Origin: Parcubacteria group bacterium Gr01-1014_8
Lineage (GTDB): Bacteria > Patescibacteriota > Minisyncoccia > Phycocordibacterales > UBA2100
Length of the DNA: 64,000 bases
Direction of reading: 5' to 3'
NCBI GenBank assembly: GCA_007376385.1
Contig: VMGC01000001.1
Location: forward strand, 192,001-256,000
The notes beneath the pieces are model-generated. The model made no database searches. It was given only the letters and a program-made list of their open reading frames with translations, and had not been told where the DNA came from. Each line of letters begins with the position of its first letter. Position 1 is the stretch's first letter. Shown piece by piece: positions 1-10,132 of this stretch. Position numbers and translations under genes: made by a program.

Positions 1-2172
1 CCAGGTAATGCGGAAAGGGTAATAGGACATGGACTCGGATCGGGGACCGAAAGTGCTCAATTAGGAGATCTTACAAATATAAATTTTCTAGGGATTCAGC
101 AGGGCGAGGATATGTTCGTGGCAATCTATGAAGAACGCCCATGGCTTGGCAGTTACGACATCGAACACTTCCGTCCTTTTTTTGCGACGGGCGGTACGGC
201 TCCTCATCAGAATTATGGGTTCATCAGATTTAAATACGGTGTAGCACCCCCACCCGAGCCGGACGAACCCGACCCCGTCATCATTATTCCTGGCATTCTA
301 GGTTCGGAACAGCACAATGGGGAATGGGTGATTGACCCGATATTGCACACGTATGACGACTTGATTGCGACACTGGATGCGAATGGATATACGCCAGGGG
401 TAGATTTGTTTCCTTTTCCATACAATTGGCGAAAGTCGAATGTGGAGACCGCGATATTGCTGAAGGCGAAGATCGATGAGGTCAAAGGTATTTGCAACTG
501 CGATAAGGTGGACCTTGTTGCGCATTCAATGGGTGGCCTTGTTGCTAGGCAATACATCCAATCGGATGCGTACGAGCAAGATGTCGACCAATTAATCTTT
601 CTCGGCACCCCCCACCTCGGCGCTCCGAAAGCGTATTTGATGTGGGAGGGAGGGGAGGTAGGGCCAGATTTCAGTGAGCGTCCCATGGAGTTGATTCTTG
701 AGCACGAAGCATATGAAAAAAGATATCCCACATTATTTGCATACCTTCGTACTGAACCCATAGAATCTGTTCGAGAACTCTTGCCGATTTATGATTACCT
801 TCTAGACGGGAGCGAAAAGAGATTGTACCCCGCTGGTTATCCGAAGAATGATTTTCTTGTGTCATTGAATGAAAACGTGGGAAAGTTAGAGACTTCAGGT
901 GCGCGCATTTATAATTTCGTCGGCGATGTTGGTACACAAAACACTATTACCGAAATTAAAGTTACAAATGAACATCTGCATGCGCCGATGTGGGGACACG
1001 GATATCCGGAGGGATTTTATGAAAATTCTGGAGCTCCAGGTCTTATCAAGGGGCACGGTGATGGGACAGTACCACTTTCAAGTGCGTCTCTCATAACGTC
1101 GAATCTCTCCGCGACTTCTAGTATGCACACCGCATTGCCATCACATACGCAAGGGAAAATATACGAGATTCTTTCGGGAAAGATTGCGCAAACTATTATT
1201 CACGGCATCAATTTTCCAAACGTTCGTCTCGTGCTCATTAAAATTCTTTCCCCAGCCGACCTGCTCGTCATTGCCCCCGATGGCAAAAAAATCGGCAAGG
1301 AGAATGGTCAAGAAGTGAATGAAATACCAAACGCTTTTTACACTGGTTTCAATACGGTCACCGAATACATCGCTATTCTTAATCCGCTTGACGGCGAATA
1401 CAAAGTATTCACCGAAGGGACTGATACAGGCTCGTACACTGTAGAAACGGCATATATAAGCAATGAAAACGTTGTCGACTCATCATTTACGGGGAATACG
1501 ACACTAGGACTCGTAACAGAGCTAAATGTGCCAATTAACAATCAAAATCCACAACCTGATATTCAACCTACAGATAATGAGGCGCCTGCCATAACCATCG
1601 TAGCTCCGGGCGAAGCAGAGTATCTTCGTTCCGAGCAATTACCCATAGAAGTAAGCGCAGTTGATGCAGATTCGGGACTGCACTTTTTGGAAACGAAGCT
1701 CGACGGCATGACTATTCCGAACATTGGCTCAGTTGATTTATTCTTCCACGATCTTGGAAATCACGCGTTGTTTGCATCCTCTACTGACAACGTGAACAAC
1801 GAATCCACAGAATCACGCGCATTCAAGGTCATCGCCAACGCAACAAGCACACGAGACGACATGTCGCGAGCATATTCTTTGGAGTGGGTCACACAGAAAG
1901 TTTACGACGACTTGCTCAAGAAATTTAATGCTTGTTATAAGAAAAAGACCACACTTACAAGCGTTACCAAGACTGTCGTCGTCGCAGGCAAGAATGGTAA
2001 GCCTCCCACAACCAAGAAAGTCAACGAGAAAGTGACGAAAGTGGAAATCTACTTCGACAAAAAAACGGCGCAAGATATGCTGAAGACGTTGGATAAGTAC
2101 CGAGGGAAAGGTCTGAGTGAGGGGGGATATCGGATTATCAAGGAAGATGTTCAGTGGTTGATTAACAACTAA
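1..2172 (+). CDS. secreted alpha/beta-hydrolase (lipase/esterase-like, GxSxG = GHSMGG), 5'-partial; C-terminal beta-rich/Ig-like region
   Basis: Frame 1 is open from nt 1 (first ATG at 112), so the gene probably starts upstream of the window. Motif VAHSMGGLVARQY is a classic lipase/PGAP1-like nucleophile elbow. Long Thr/Asn-rich C-terminal half. Confidence 0.55.
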   Translation, partial: PGNAERVIGHGLGSGTESAQLGDLTNINFLGIQQGEDMFVAIYEERPWLGSYDIEHFRPFFATGGTAPHQNYGFIRFKYGVAPPPEPDEPDPVIIIPGILGSEQHNGEWVIDPILHTYDDLIATLDANGYTPGVDLFPFPYNWRKSNVETAILLKAKIDEVKGICNCDKVDLVAHSMGGLVARQYIQSDAYEQDVDQLIFLGTPHLGAPKAYLMWEGGEVGPDFSERPMELILEHEAYEKRYPTLFAYLRTEPIESVRELLPIYDYLLDGSEKRLYPAGYPKNDFLVSLNENVGKLETSGARIYNFVGDVGTQNTITEIKVTNEHLHAPMWGHGYPEGFYENSGAPGLIKGHGDGTVPLSSASLITSNLSATSSMHTALPSHTQGKIYEILSGKIAQTIIHGINFPNVRLVLIKILSPADLLVIAPDGKKIGKENGQEVNEIPNAFYTGFNTVTEYIAILNPLDGEYKVFTEGTDTGSYTVETAYISNENVVDSSFTGNTTLGLVTELNVPINNQNPQPDIQPTDNEAPAITIVAPGEAEYLRSEQLPIEVSAVDADSGLHFLETKLDGMTIPNIGSVDLFFHDLGNHALFASSTDNVNNESTESRAFKVIANATSTRDDMSRAYSLEWVTQKVYDDLLKKFNACYKKKTTLTSVTKTVVVAGKNGKPPTTKKVNEKVTKVEIYFDKKTAQDMLKTLDKYRGKGLSEGGYRIIKEDVQWLINN

Positions 2173-2185
2173 TATTATTTTCCGC

Positions 2186-2629
2186 ATGGGATCAAAAAAC
2201 TTGCTTCACAATTTTATATCTCATTTGGTTTTGTTGGTGATTTCAGTTGGGCTTACTTACTATTTGACACCACGTACGTACGAATCTCTGTATTGCAAAT
2301 ATATAAGCAACTGTGGCGGCGGATGGGTAGATTACGGCCCTGTCTTATGGATGGTAGCTTCGTATACATTTCTCGTTACGTTTCTTTTTATGACTTTCGG
2401 TAGGGCATATCGATATTGGTGGATCGGAATTTGTCTTGCACCGATATTGTTTTTAATTTTATGGATGACAATGCCTCCACTTATTTACATTAGCTCATTC
2501 GATTTTTCAGGCACCGCACTTTTATTGGGTGCTTGGGGTATTTATATACTTGCCGGATTAATTCTCGGCACAATTGCCCACAAGACCCTCCAAAAACTCG
2601 CGCGTGCGTTTATGGCGAGATTGTCGTAG
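2186..2629 (+). CDS. small polytopic membrane protein (hypothetical)
   Basis: 147 aa ORF with 4 hydrophobic helices, tightly following the upstream gene. Confidence 0.5.
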   Translation: MGSKNLLHNFISHLVLLVISVGLTYYLTPRTYESLYCKYISNCGGGWVDYGPVLWMVASYTFLVTFLFMTFGRAYRYWWIGICLAPILFLILWMTMPPLIYISSFDFSGTALLLGAWGIYILAGLILGTIAHKTLQKLARAFMARLS

Positions 2630-2661
2630 ACAGAGGCAAGTAGGGCGGTTACCATAGCTAC

Positions 2662-3219
2662 ATGAATAAACAGTGGCTCACGCTTGGCATCGCGCTTGGC
2701 ATGCCCCTCCTCCTTATCGCCGTCGTAGCCGGCTCTATCAAGATATCCGAAATGCGCGTGAGCCCTGCGTATGACGTGCTATATGCAACTGGCTATGGCT
2801 ACGCCGGCAAGTACTACTATGTCCAGGGAACTCATATTTCTTCTGACATTGTCGATGAGAGCGGCCAAATGATAAAAAAAGGGCAGTCGGCTACGAATGA
2901 CTACTCGTATACGAATCAGCAAGAGTCCGTGAATCAAACTCGATTCTATCGCTATGATCCGGTCACGGATTCATCATCGTCCGTAGGAGGCTACGCCGAC
3001 GCGCGAAAGCTGGATATAATCAGTATTGATAAATCGCCAGATGGGTATCGTGTCATAAGGGGTACTGATAGCGGCGATGCGTTCTTCTTTCCCTTTTTCT
3101 ATGACGGCGGCCGTAATACGACCGGCTTCGTTATAGAAGGCGAGAACGGGCGCAAGAATATCAGGCTCACCGGCGATGACTATTACAGGACTGATATAAT
3201 CGGATGGATAGAGAAATAG
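2662..3219 (+). CDS. hypothetical exported protein (N-terminal signal/TM anchor)
   Basis: 185 aa ORF with N-terminal hydrophobic segment LTLGIALGMPLLLIAVVAG. No recognisable motif. Confidence 0.5.
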   Translation: MNKQWLTLGIALGMPLLLIAVVAGSIKISEMRVSPAYDVLYATGYGYAGKYYYVQGTHISSDIVDESGQMIKKGQSATNDYSYTNQQESVNQTRFYRYDPVTDSSSSVGGYADARKLDIISIDKSPDGYRVIRGTDSGDAFFFPFFYDGGRNTTGFVIEGENGRKNIRLTGDDYYRTDIIGWIEK

Positions 3220-3220
3220 C

Positions 3221-4201
3221 ATGGACAAACAACAGATACTTGACCTCATCAAGACAAAGCTTGCGTCAGGCGAGTTGACGCAGCAGGACTTGAAAAATCT
3301 GTCGAGCGGGACACCAGTTCACTCGCAAGCGGGCGTCGCGGTCATTTCGCGTCCTATTTCTCCTGAAGGAGCACATGTAAATATCTCCAAGATGCTTTAT
3401 TACATTGGCGGCCTCATTGTACTCATTGGGGTCGGCGTCTTTGTGTCACAATTCTGGGACGATTTTGGCTCAGAGATACGCGTTCTGATTTCACTCGGCG
3501 GTGCCGTCATTGCGTACGGTACCGGACTCGTGTTATCGAAAACAGATGAAAAGAGCGAGATTGCATCTGCGTTTCATCTTCTTGGCGGAGTATTGTTTCC
3601 GTTTGGCGCGATTACGCTTCTGTATGAAATGGGGATAGAGGCAGAATGGGGAACGTACGCATTGCTCTTCGGCGCACTGACGTTCCTGTATGTAATGACG
3701 ATGTTGATAGTCACGTATCCGCTCGTCACGTTCTTTGCAATAGCAAATGCGACGGCCGCGCTATTCGCACTGACACAGTTTGTATTTCAAGACAACATAA
3801 TCTTCGATTTCTACTATTACTTTGCAATCGTGATGGGAGCGAGTTATTTATACCTTGGTACGCAATTCATAGGCACACGAAACGAACAGATATGTCGGCT
3901 GCTTCTCCTCATCGGCTCTGCGTGGTTTCTTGGTGGCGCATTCATGCTCTACGACTCGCTTATCGGATGGGCGCTTCTATATCCATTTCTGATCGCGGGC
4001 ACCATGGCGCTCAGTATCTACGTTAAGCGGATGTCAGTGCTTCTCATGTCTACCGTGGCCATTATGTCGTACGTCGCATACATAACTGGTAAATATTTTG
4101 CCGACAGTGTCGGTTGGCCGCTCGCGTTGATTGTGATAGGGTTTCTGTTTATCGCGACGGGTTATTTCAGTTACTATCTGCATCAAAAGTATTTTAAATA
4201 A
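3221..4201 (+). CDS. polytopic membrane protein (hypothetical, ~8 TM)
   Basis: 326 aa, start overlaps previous stop (TAGCATG). Many hydrophobic helices. Confidence 0.55.
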   Translation: MDKQQILDLIKTKLASGELTQQDLKNLSSGTPVHSQAGVAVISRPISPEGAHVNISKMLYYIGGLIVLIGVGVFVSQFWDDFGSEIRVLISLGGAVIAYGTGLVLSKTDEKSEIASAFHLLGGVLFPFGAITLLYEMGIEAEWGTYALLFGALTFLYVMTMLIVTYPLVTFFAIANATAALFALTQFVFQDNIIFDFYYYFAIVMGASYLYLGTQFIGTRNEQICRLLLLIGSAWFLGGAFMLYDSLIGWALLYPFLIAGTMALSIYVKRMSVLLMSTVAIMSYVAYITGKYFADSVGWPLALIVIGFLFIATGYFSYYLHQKYFK

Positions 4202-4260
4202 CTTACGCCTTCGTTCATGGCGAAGATTTCGTGATTTTCAAAAGTGCCGCGTGCTAGAAT

Positions 4261-4986
4261 TTGCGGATGAAATTTCTCGTGTTTCAGCATGTGCCACATG
4301 AGCATCCGGGGATGCTGGGGGATGCGGCAAAAACGTGGGGAGTAGACCTAACCGTCATCGAGCTATGGAAACCGTACATCATGCCCGTTGCAGATGAGTT
4401 TGATGCGCTCGTTATCATGGGAGGACCTATGGGAGTGTACGAGGGGAAAGAGCAGTATTCGTCAAAAGACGATGAGCTCGCGTTTATAAAAGAGAATCTT
4501 GGAAAAATGTCGGTGATAGGGTTTTGCCTCGGCGGGCAACTGCTGGCGCATGCGCTGGGGAGCCGTGTGTACCCCAATCTCACCGACGGAAAACGGCAAA
4601 AAGAAGTTGGATATCATACTGTCGAACTTACTGCCGAAGGCGCTGCTGACCCGTTATTCAAAGGTTTTTCGAGTCCAATAAAAGTATTGCAATGGCATGG
4701 TGATGCGTTCGATCTCCCGAAAGATGCGACACTTCTTGCATTCTCGTCCGCCTGTCCGAATCAGGCGTTTCGTTGGGGCACGAACGTATATGGCATGCTT
4801 TTCCACAATGAGTTCACGCCGGAGATGATAAACATGCAGCTTTCGATAGATAAGGAATGGATCCATAAGGATTACGAAATAGACGAGCGGGCGCTTCGGG
4901 ACGAAGCGCGCGCCAATGCGCCCCTTATGCGTGAACAGTGTAATCGACTATTCGGCAATTTTTGCGAGACAGCGGCACGACATTGA
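4261..4986 (+). CDS. class I glutamine amidotransferase-like protein (GATase1)
   Basis: GFCLGGQLLAHALG (catalytic Cys elbow) and LFHNEF (His/Glu) motifs; GuaA-N-terminal-like. Confidence 0.7.
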   Translation: MRMKFLVFQHVPHEHPGMLGDAAKTWGVDLTVIELWKPYIMPVADEFDALVIMGGPMGVYEGKEQYSSKDDELAFIKENLGKMSVIGFCLGGQLLAHALGSRVYPNLTDGKRQKEVGYHTVELTAEGAADPLFKGFSSPIKVLQWHGDAFDLPKDATLLAFSSACPNQAFRWGTNVYGMLFHNEFTPEMINMQLSIDKEWIHKDYEIDERALRDEARANAPLMREQCNRLFGNFCETAARH

Positions 4987-5199
4987 CAGGTTTTTTCGTG
5001 ATACACTGGTGGCGAGTCGTGCGGTAACTCATATGGAATCTCCATTCGAGTCGTTCTTGCGATTCGTCGTCGGTTTTACGGTTTTTATCTCCGTGAGTTT
5101 CGGGGTGACCTATGCCGTCAATACGTATTCACAGATGCAAGAAGTGGAAAAGCAGACAGCATCGGCATTTCAGGCGATGATTATTCCAGAGATGTAGAT

Positions 5200-5640
5200 T
5201 TACCACCGCTTGTTTCGCACCTGCCACCTTGCAAGCGCGTAACAAAGTCCAATGACACAGGATAAAATAAAAGCGGCCAATGGAATCGCATAGACCGCAT
5301 CTGAAACGAGTAGATAGATGCCTGATACGTACACTGCCCCAGATGCAAGCGCTGCTGGCGCGATGTAGGGTAAGAATGGTCTGAATTCTTCGTTGGGATT
5401 TTTTGTTAACATTGGAAAGAATAACTTTCTCAATGTTGTACTCGGCTTTTCGCCTCGCGGATTGCCAGTCGCTAATCGTGTTGCACTCCATTTTAATTGA
5501 AGAGATTGCGTAAACAATGACCACATTAAATTGGTGAAAAGAACAATACCTATAAGCGTCCACCCCACGACCGTGTTGAGCGTCCACTCTACAGTCTCGA
5601 AATATGATGCTGTTTCCCCAAACGATTGCGACGGATCCAC
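5200..5640 (-). CDS. membrane protein (hypothetical)
   Basis: 146 aa ORF, 4 predicted TM helices. Coding-like composition. Confidence 0.45.
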   Translation of the reverse strand: MDPSQSFGETASYFETVEWTLNTVVGWTLIGIVLFTNLMWSLFTQSLQLKWSATRLATGNPRGEKPSTTLRKLFFPMLTKNPNEEFRPFLPYIAPAALASGAVYVSGIYLLVSDAVYAIPLAAFILSCVIGLCYALARWQVRNKRW

Positions 5641-5995
5641 CCGAAAATTCTAGCATGTAGGTTGACCGCAGAGACAATATGTGTAAAATGCGCACAACTG
5701 GGCCAGAGAAAGTGGGTTCTGCAGAAATGCAGAGTAATGTCGAAAGACGCCTATCGAGGTCGAACCACTCCTTAGGGAGGGCCTAGATAAAAATTAGTAG
5801 GCCATTTGGGCATAGCGATATTCTCCGCAGTTAAATACGGCTTCGCCTGCTTTTGCCTTCGGCAAAAGATTTAACGGGGCATAAGATCTTCTAACTCGCT
5901 TCGCTCATATGAGAATACTCATATCACGTCTTCGCTCGGATATCATGAAAGCAAGCTTTCGCGATAATCCTCGCTAGCCGTGATAACAAAATCTA

Positions 5996-6496
5996 ATGAA
6001 TAAAACTAAACAACAGAAAGTAGAGCTGGTAGAAAATATGGCGAAGTCTCTTAAAGAGGCTGCGTCCACTGTTTTCGTCGGCTTTAAGGGGATGAACGTT
6101 GCGGACGAAAGTGCTATGCGACGTTCTCTGAGAGGCGACAGTGTGAAGTACACCGTCTTTAAAAAGACGCTGCTTCGCCGCGCGCTCGAAAGTCTCGGTC
6201 ACGCACCGAGCGAAGTGCCGCTTGAAGGGGAGGTTGCTGTCGCATATGGCGGCGGGGACGATGTCACCGCAGCGGCGAGACTTATCCATGATTTCGGAAA
6301 GAAGTTCAAGGATAGACTCGTCATTCTCGGAGGTATCTTTGAGGGCAAGCTTGCGGGGGAAGCGCTGATGCAGGAGATCGCAACAATTCCGTCGATGCTG
6401 GGCTTGCGGGGCATGTTTGCGCAGGTTCTCAACTCTCCGCACCAACGATTTGCAGTTGTGCTCAGCGCTGTTGCCGAGAAAAAATCGCAGTCTTAA
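5996..6496 (+). CDS. rplJ: 50S ribosomal protein L10
   Basis: 166 aa; typical L10 N-terminus and synteny with L7/L12 immediately downstream. Confidence 0.9.
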   Translation: MNKTKQQKVELVENMAKSLKEAASTVFVGFKGMNVADESAMRRSLRGDSVKYTVFKKTLLRRALESLGHAPSEVPLEGEVAVAYGGGDDVTAAARLIHDFGKKFKDRLVILGGIFEGKLAGEALMQEIATIPSMLGLRGMFAQVLNSPHQRFAVVLSAVAEKKSQS

Positions 6497-6521
6497 TTAT
6501 CTAATTAATCCTAATTAACGT

Positions 6522-6878
6522 ATGTCAAACGAACAAATTATTGAAGCAGTAGAGAAAATGACAGTGCTCGAACTTAATACGCTTGTGAAGGCGATTGAGG
6601 AGAAGTGGGGAGTATCCGCTGCAGCAGTTGCGGTCGCAGGACCAGCAGCGGCAGCTGGGGAAGAGAAGACGGAATTCACTGTCGAATTGACGGCTGTAGG
6701 GGAACAAAAAGTTGCCGTCATCAAGGTAGTGAAAGAAGCTCTTGCGCTCGGATTGAAGGAAGCGAAAGACTTGGTAGACGCCGCTCCCAAGGTCCTCAAA
6801 GAGAATATGAAAAAGGAGGACGCAGAAGTTCTCAAGAAAAAGCTTGAGGAAGCCGGTGCCAAAGTAGCTCTGAAATAA
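6522..6878 (+). CDS. rplL: 50S ribosomal protein L7/L12
   Basis: 118 aa; Ala-rich hinge plus C-terminal [27 protein letters not shown], highly characteristic of L7/L12. Confidence 0.92.
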   Translation: MSNEQIIEAVEKMTVLELNTLVKAIEEKWGVSAAAVAVAGPAAAAGEEKTEFTVELTAVGEQKVAVIKVVKEALALGLKEAKDLVDAAPKVLKENMKKEDAEVLKKKLEEAGAKVALK

Positions 6879-6884
6879 TATTTC

Positions 6885-7265
6885 AGAGTTTTTCACCGGC
6901 TTGGGAGGGGTGAGAAGCGAATACTTGGAGCTTCACAAGGCCGGAGCCCGACGGGGCGAGGCGGGGTCGCGCAATTCGCCAGCAGGCGAATATGTGTGGC
7001 GGGGAACAGTTGGTCTCCCGTGGGGGAATAAATTGCAGTTGACTGCGATTTATCCGCTGCCGGAGGTAAGCGCCGATGCGAGCTTGCGAGCAGGCGCTAG
7101 GGCGACTTCTTCTGGTGTCGCGTTGAAAACCATGGGTGACCAAGAAAATAACGAGTGCAACGAGTATATTTTCTGAAGTACTCTTGTGGTGTTTTCAAGG
7201 AGGAGTTCTGTGATAAGCAGAGCGACGACGGGTAGTGCTAAGGTAACTCTCAAATAATTTTCTCG
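6885..7265 (+). ncRNA. candidate structured noncoding RNA (unidentified) downstream of rplL
   Basis: ~380 nt GC-rich stretch with no convincing ORF and many local helices (e.g. ggtaagcgccg...cggcgct). Ends at a strong intrinsic terminator. Identity not established. Confidence 0.2.
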
Positions 7266-7296
7266 TTCTAAACAAAAAGCCCTCGTTGGGGCTTTT
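7266..7296 (+). terminator. intrinsic terminator (aaaaagccctcgttggggctttttgttt)
   Basis: Perfect 7-bp GC stem, 4-nt loop, T-run. A second hairpin ggcggccgaagccgcc follows at 7313-7328. Confidence 0.75.
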
Positions 7297-7335
7297 TGTT
7301 TAGAGTAGAGGAAAGGCGGCCGAAGCCGCCCTTCG

Positions 7336-7596
7336 TCAGTGCTTTAGAAGATACTCGAGGATCGCAAGAGTGATAATGGGGGAAACCGCGACCAGAGCGG
7401 CAATCGCCCAAAAGAGCGCAAAGATGATCTCATCGCGCTTCCAAGGCATGACACTTCTCCTTTGCCGTAGTTGGCTGCAAATATTGAGCATGTCGGCACT
7501 TGCAGCCAACAACGAGAAGAGGTCTAGGAGAAGTACGTTGGGTGAGCGTATATACGTCAACAAAGAGGAAAGCGGCCGTGAGGCCGCTCCCGTCAC
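7336..7596 (-). CDS. small hypothetical membrane protein
   Basis: 86 aa ORF with C-terminal hydrophobic helix. Weak support. Confidence 0.25.
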   Translation of the reverse strand: MTGAASRPLSSLLTYIRSPNVLLLDLFSLLAASADMLNICSQLRQRRSVMPWKRDEIIFALFWAIAALVAVSPIITLAILEYLLKH

Positions 7597-7806
7597 TTGC
7601 CCTTCCCAAAATAGGTGACAATAAGGGCAACTATTGTGCCGCCCCCGATGCCCATACCGATAATTATTAGGTCACGCATGACGGTGCTCCTCTTCCGAAA
7701 ACCGGACGCGGGAGGCGAGTTTCTCGCTTTCTGCGTCCGGTCAGAAAAGGTCTGGGCGGAACTATGCGCCAGGCGGACTTTTTTTGCAACACTGTATTTT
7801 TGAAGG

Positions 7807-8442
7807 GTGCTGCTATACAATCTCGCCATGTCTACGGATTTTCTAGCAGCATTTATAAAAAATCCGGCTCAGGCAAAAGTCTTGCGGGTTCTCGTATCGA
7901 ATGAGACTCTGCAATTGACCGTAACGACTATCGCAAAACGAGCTGAGGTAAGTGTCGCTCTTGCCGAGAGAGAATTGCATGTGCTTGCAAGACTGGAAAT
8001 CGTAAAGAAAATTGAACCGCAATTTTCAAAGCATAAAGCAAAACAGGAGCAAGTTGAACATTGGATGTTCAATAAAGAATTTAAATATGCTCTGTCACTT
8101 ACCGCATTCGTGCAAGAGACCTCCCCCGTGGAATTCAAGAACGTCGAGCGTGCGCTTAAAAGTTCAGGACGAATTTCTGCCGTCGTACTCTCAGGTATCT
8201 TCATGGGGGACCCTACGAGGCCTGCAGATCTTCTCATCGCGGGCGACGCCTTGAACGAGAGCCGTCTTGAGAAGGCAGTGAAAACGCTTGAGCCGATGTT
8301 CGGCCGCGAGATACGGTATGCCGCCTTTTCAACACCCGAATTTCGGTATCGACTGACTATTCAGGACCGCCTTTTTAGGGATACTCTGGAATTTCCGCAC
8401 CGTATCCTGATCAGCAAGAACGGAATCTTCAAAAAGGCTTAA
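7807..8442 (+). CDS. hypothetical protein (possible N-terminal winged-helix)
   Basis: 211 aa, coding-like. Helix-rich N-terminus; no firm motif. Confidence 0.45.
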   Translation: MLLYNLAMSTDFLAAFIKNPAQAKVLRVLVSNETLQLTVTTIAKRAEVSVALAERELHVLARLEIVKKIEPQFSKHKAKQEQVEHWMFNKEFKYALSLTAFVQETSPVEFKNVERALKSSGRISAVVLSGIFMGDPTRPADLLIAGDALNESRLEKAVKTLEPMFGREIRYAAFSTPEFRYRLTIQDRLFRDTLEFPHRILISKNGIFKKA

Positions 8443-8450
8443 ATTGAGGA

Positions 8451-8873
8451 TTGAATCATATCCACATCGCATATGGGTATTCTGTTCGGTTGCATTGGAT
8501 GTGTTACAATTTGCAGATCAGTTATACCGTTATGTCTCAACAGCGAGAAGATGCAGGTCCTGGTCAATTAACTCAGGCGGAACTTCGTCAGGCTGAAGAC
8601 CTCAAGACCTCTGTATTGAGACAGTTTCATAAATGGGATTCTTCACAAACGAGCTGTGGGCGACTTTTTGATGCAGCAATTCGTGAAGGCGGTAACGACA
8701 TAAAAGCTCTCGTAACTGCGAAAGCCGCTGAACAAGTTGATAAAGTTGTCGATAGTATGTATCAAAAATTCAGTCAGTTAAATCCGGTTGGCGGGGAACT
8801 CATGGAAGATGCCAGAGGTTCAATCAAATCTGCAATATACAAGGCAAAGGGGCTTAGGTCTTCTGCGAGTTAG
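8451..8873 (+). CDS. hypothetical protein (true start probably near 8531, MSQQRED...)
   Basis: 140 aa ORF; no recognisable domain. Confidence 0.35.
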   Translation: MNHIHIAYGYSVRLHWMCYNLQISYTVMSQQREDAGPGQLTQAELRQAEDLKTSVLRQFHKWDSSQTSCGRLFDAAIREGGNDIKALVTAKAAEQVDKVVDSMYQKFSQLNPVGGELMEDARGSIKSAIYKAKGLRSSAS

Positions 8874-9189
8874 AAATAGCCTCAAATGAGCAATCGCGTA
8901 GGTGGTAATCAGAAATGTAGACTGAATTTTGCATCCCCAACCTTCCTCTTTCTCACCCCTTGAGGTGGGCTTTTAGAGGGTGTCTCGCAGCGCGACGGCG
9001 CGAGAGTCAGCGCTCCGAGAGTACGCGGAGGCAGCGATCCGAGAAAAGCCCACAGATAAAGGGTTTTTCCACTTTTCCTGTATCCACACGACTATGCTCA
9101 AAACCGAAGGCTGACCGCCTGCGATGCTATCATCTGGGTATAGGGGTCGAAACCTTTAGTAGCCATTATTAGGTATCTTTTTTGTACAT

Positions 9190-9885
9190 ATGATAGTTGA
9201 ACAATCGGCGAATGTGCTCCAAAGCTCATTCAACGACGTCTGGTTCGCTGTCGCGTCTTTCGTGCCAAGCATCCTCGCCGCAATCGTCATTTTTGTCATC
9301 GGCTGGATAATCGGTGTGATTCTCGCGAAGATAATCGAACAAGTCGTCGAGGTATTGCGCGTTGACGAAGCGTTGAAAGCAACGGGTGCAAATGACGCGT
9401 TCAAGAACACGGGCTACCAGCTCCATGTCGGCGTGCTTCTTGGCACGCTCGTGAAGTGGTTCGTCATCATCGTGTTTCTGGTCGCATCGCTCGATGTCCT
9501 CGGACTGTACCAAGTTAACTCGTTCTTGCAGGGAGTTGTCTTGCTGTACCTCCCGAACGTTATCGTCGCGGTACTCTTCTTGATCCTCGCCGCAATCGTG
9601 GCGGAGATCGTGAAGAATGTGGTGAGCGGTTCTGCTCGCGCCGCTGGCGTCACATCGGCAAATCTTGCTGGTGTTGTTGCCAAGTGGGCGATATGGATCT
9701 TCGCGATCATTGCAGCTCTCACGCAACTCGGTGTTGCAAGTGCGCTCATCCAAACTCTGTTTACAGGTTTGGTCATCGCCATCTCTCTCGCGTTCGGACT
9801 CGCGTTCGGGCTCGGTGGGAAAGATGCGGCATCGCGCGCTATCGACCGCGTACGCTCGGAAGTGGCTCATCACAACAAAGACTGA
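9190..9885 (+). CDS. membrane protein with repeated conserved-TM-helix units (MscS-associated TM_helix-like)
   Basis: 231 aa; three similar hydrophobic units (ILAAIVIFVIGWIIGVILAKII / VAVLFLILAAIVAEIVKNVV / IWIFAIIAALTQLGVASALIQ). Confidence 0.55.
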   Translation: MIVEQSANVLQSSFNDVWFAVASFVPSILAAIVIFVIGWIIGVILAKIIEQVVEVLRVDEALKATGANDAFKNTGYQLHVGVLLGTLVKWFVIIVFLVASLDVLGLYQVNSFLQGVVLLYLPNVIVAVLFLILAAIVAEIVKNVVSGSARAAGVTSANLAGVVAKWAIWIFAIIAALTQLGVASALIQTLFTGLVIAISLAFGLAFGLGGKDAASRAIDRVRSEVAHHNKD

Positions 9886-9924
9886 TTCGACCCATTTCTC
9901 CTAGAACATTGAGGATTTTAGCCC

Positions 9925-9952
9925 CGCCAGGCCGCAGCCTGGCGGGGCTCCG
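9925..9952 (+). terminator. hairpin gccccgccaggccgcagcctggcggggc
   Basis: 11-bp perfect GC-rich stem downstream of 9190..9885. Weak T-tract. Confidence 0.45.
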
Positions 9953-10099
9953 TGCTTGTCCACCGGAAATCCACACTTTAAGCGCTCTTTTACCAAAATG
10001 CCCTCTTGACTTCCTCTTTTTCCCGTCTATACTCTCCCTTACGTATATGTGTTCGGAATTTAGCCTTAAAAAGTGGCAGATGTAGCCTAAGCGTTGCTT

Positions 10100-10132
10100 G
10101 TGCTACTGAAGCCGCTTATGAGCGGCTTTTTT
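10100..10132 (+). terminator. intrinsic terminator (aagccgcttatgagcggctttttt)
   Basis: Stem gccgct/agcggc followed by T6. Confidence 0.6.

Noticed and set aside
6515-6896. Minus-strand ORFs 6515..6862 and 6525..6896
   Set aside because: They are antisense to rplL. The Ala/Ser-rich low-complexity translation is typical of the reverse frame of an Ala/Glu/Lys-rich gene.
6885-7265. tmRNA or RNase P RNA assignment for the post-rplL noncoding segment
   Set aside because: No tRNA-like 3' end or CCA, and no tag-peptide frame ending in hydrophobic residues. The universal RNase P strings (AGGAAAGUCCGGGCUC, ACAGAANCCGGCUUA) are absent. Kept only as an unidentified candidate RNA.
9226-9873. 215-aa minus-strand ORF rich in Asp/Glu/Arg/Cys
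   Set aside because: It is exactly antisense to the well-supported membrane-protein gene 9190..9885. The low-complexity charged composition is typical of the antisense of a hydrophobic gene.
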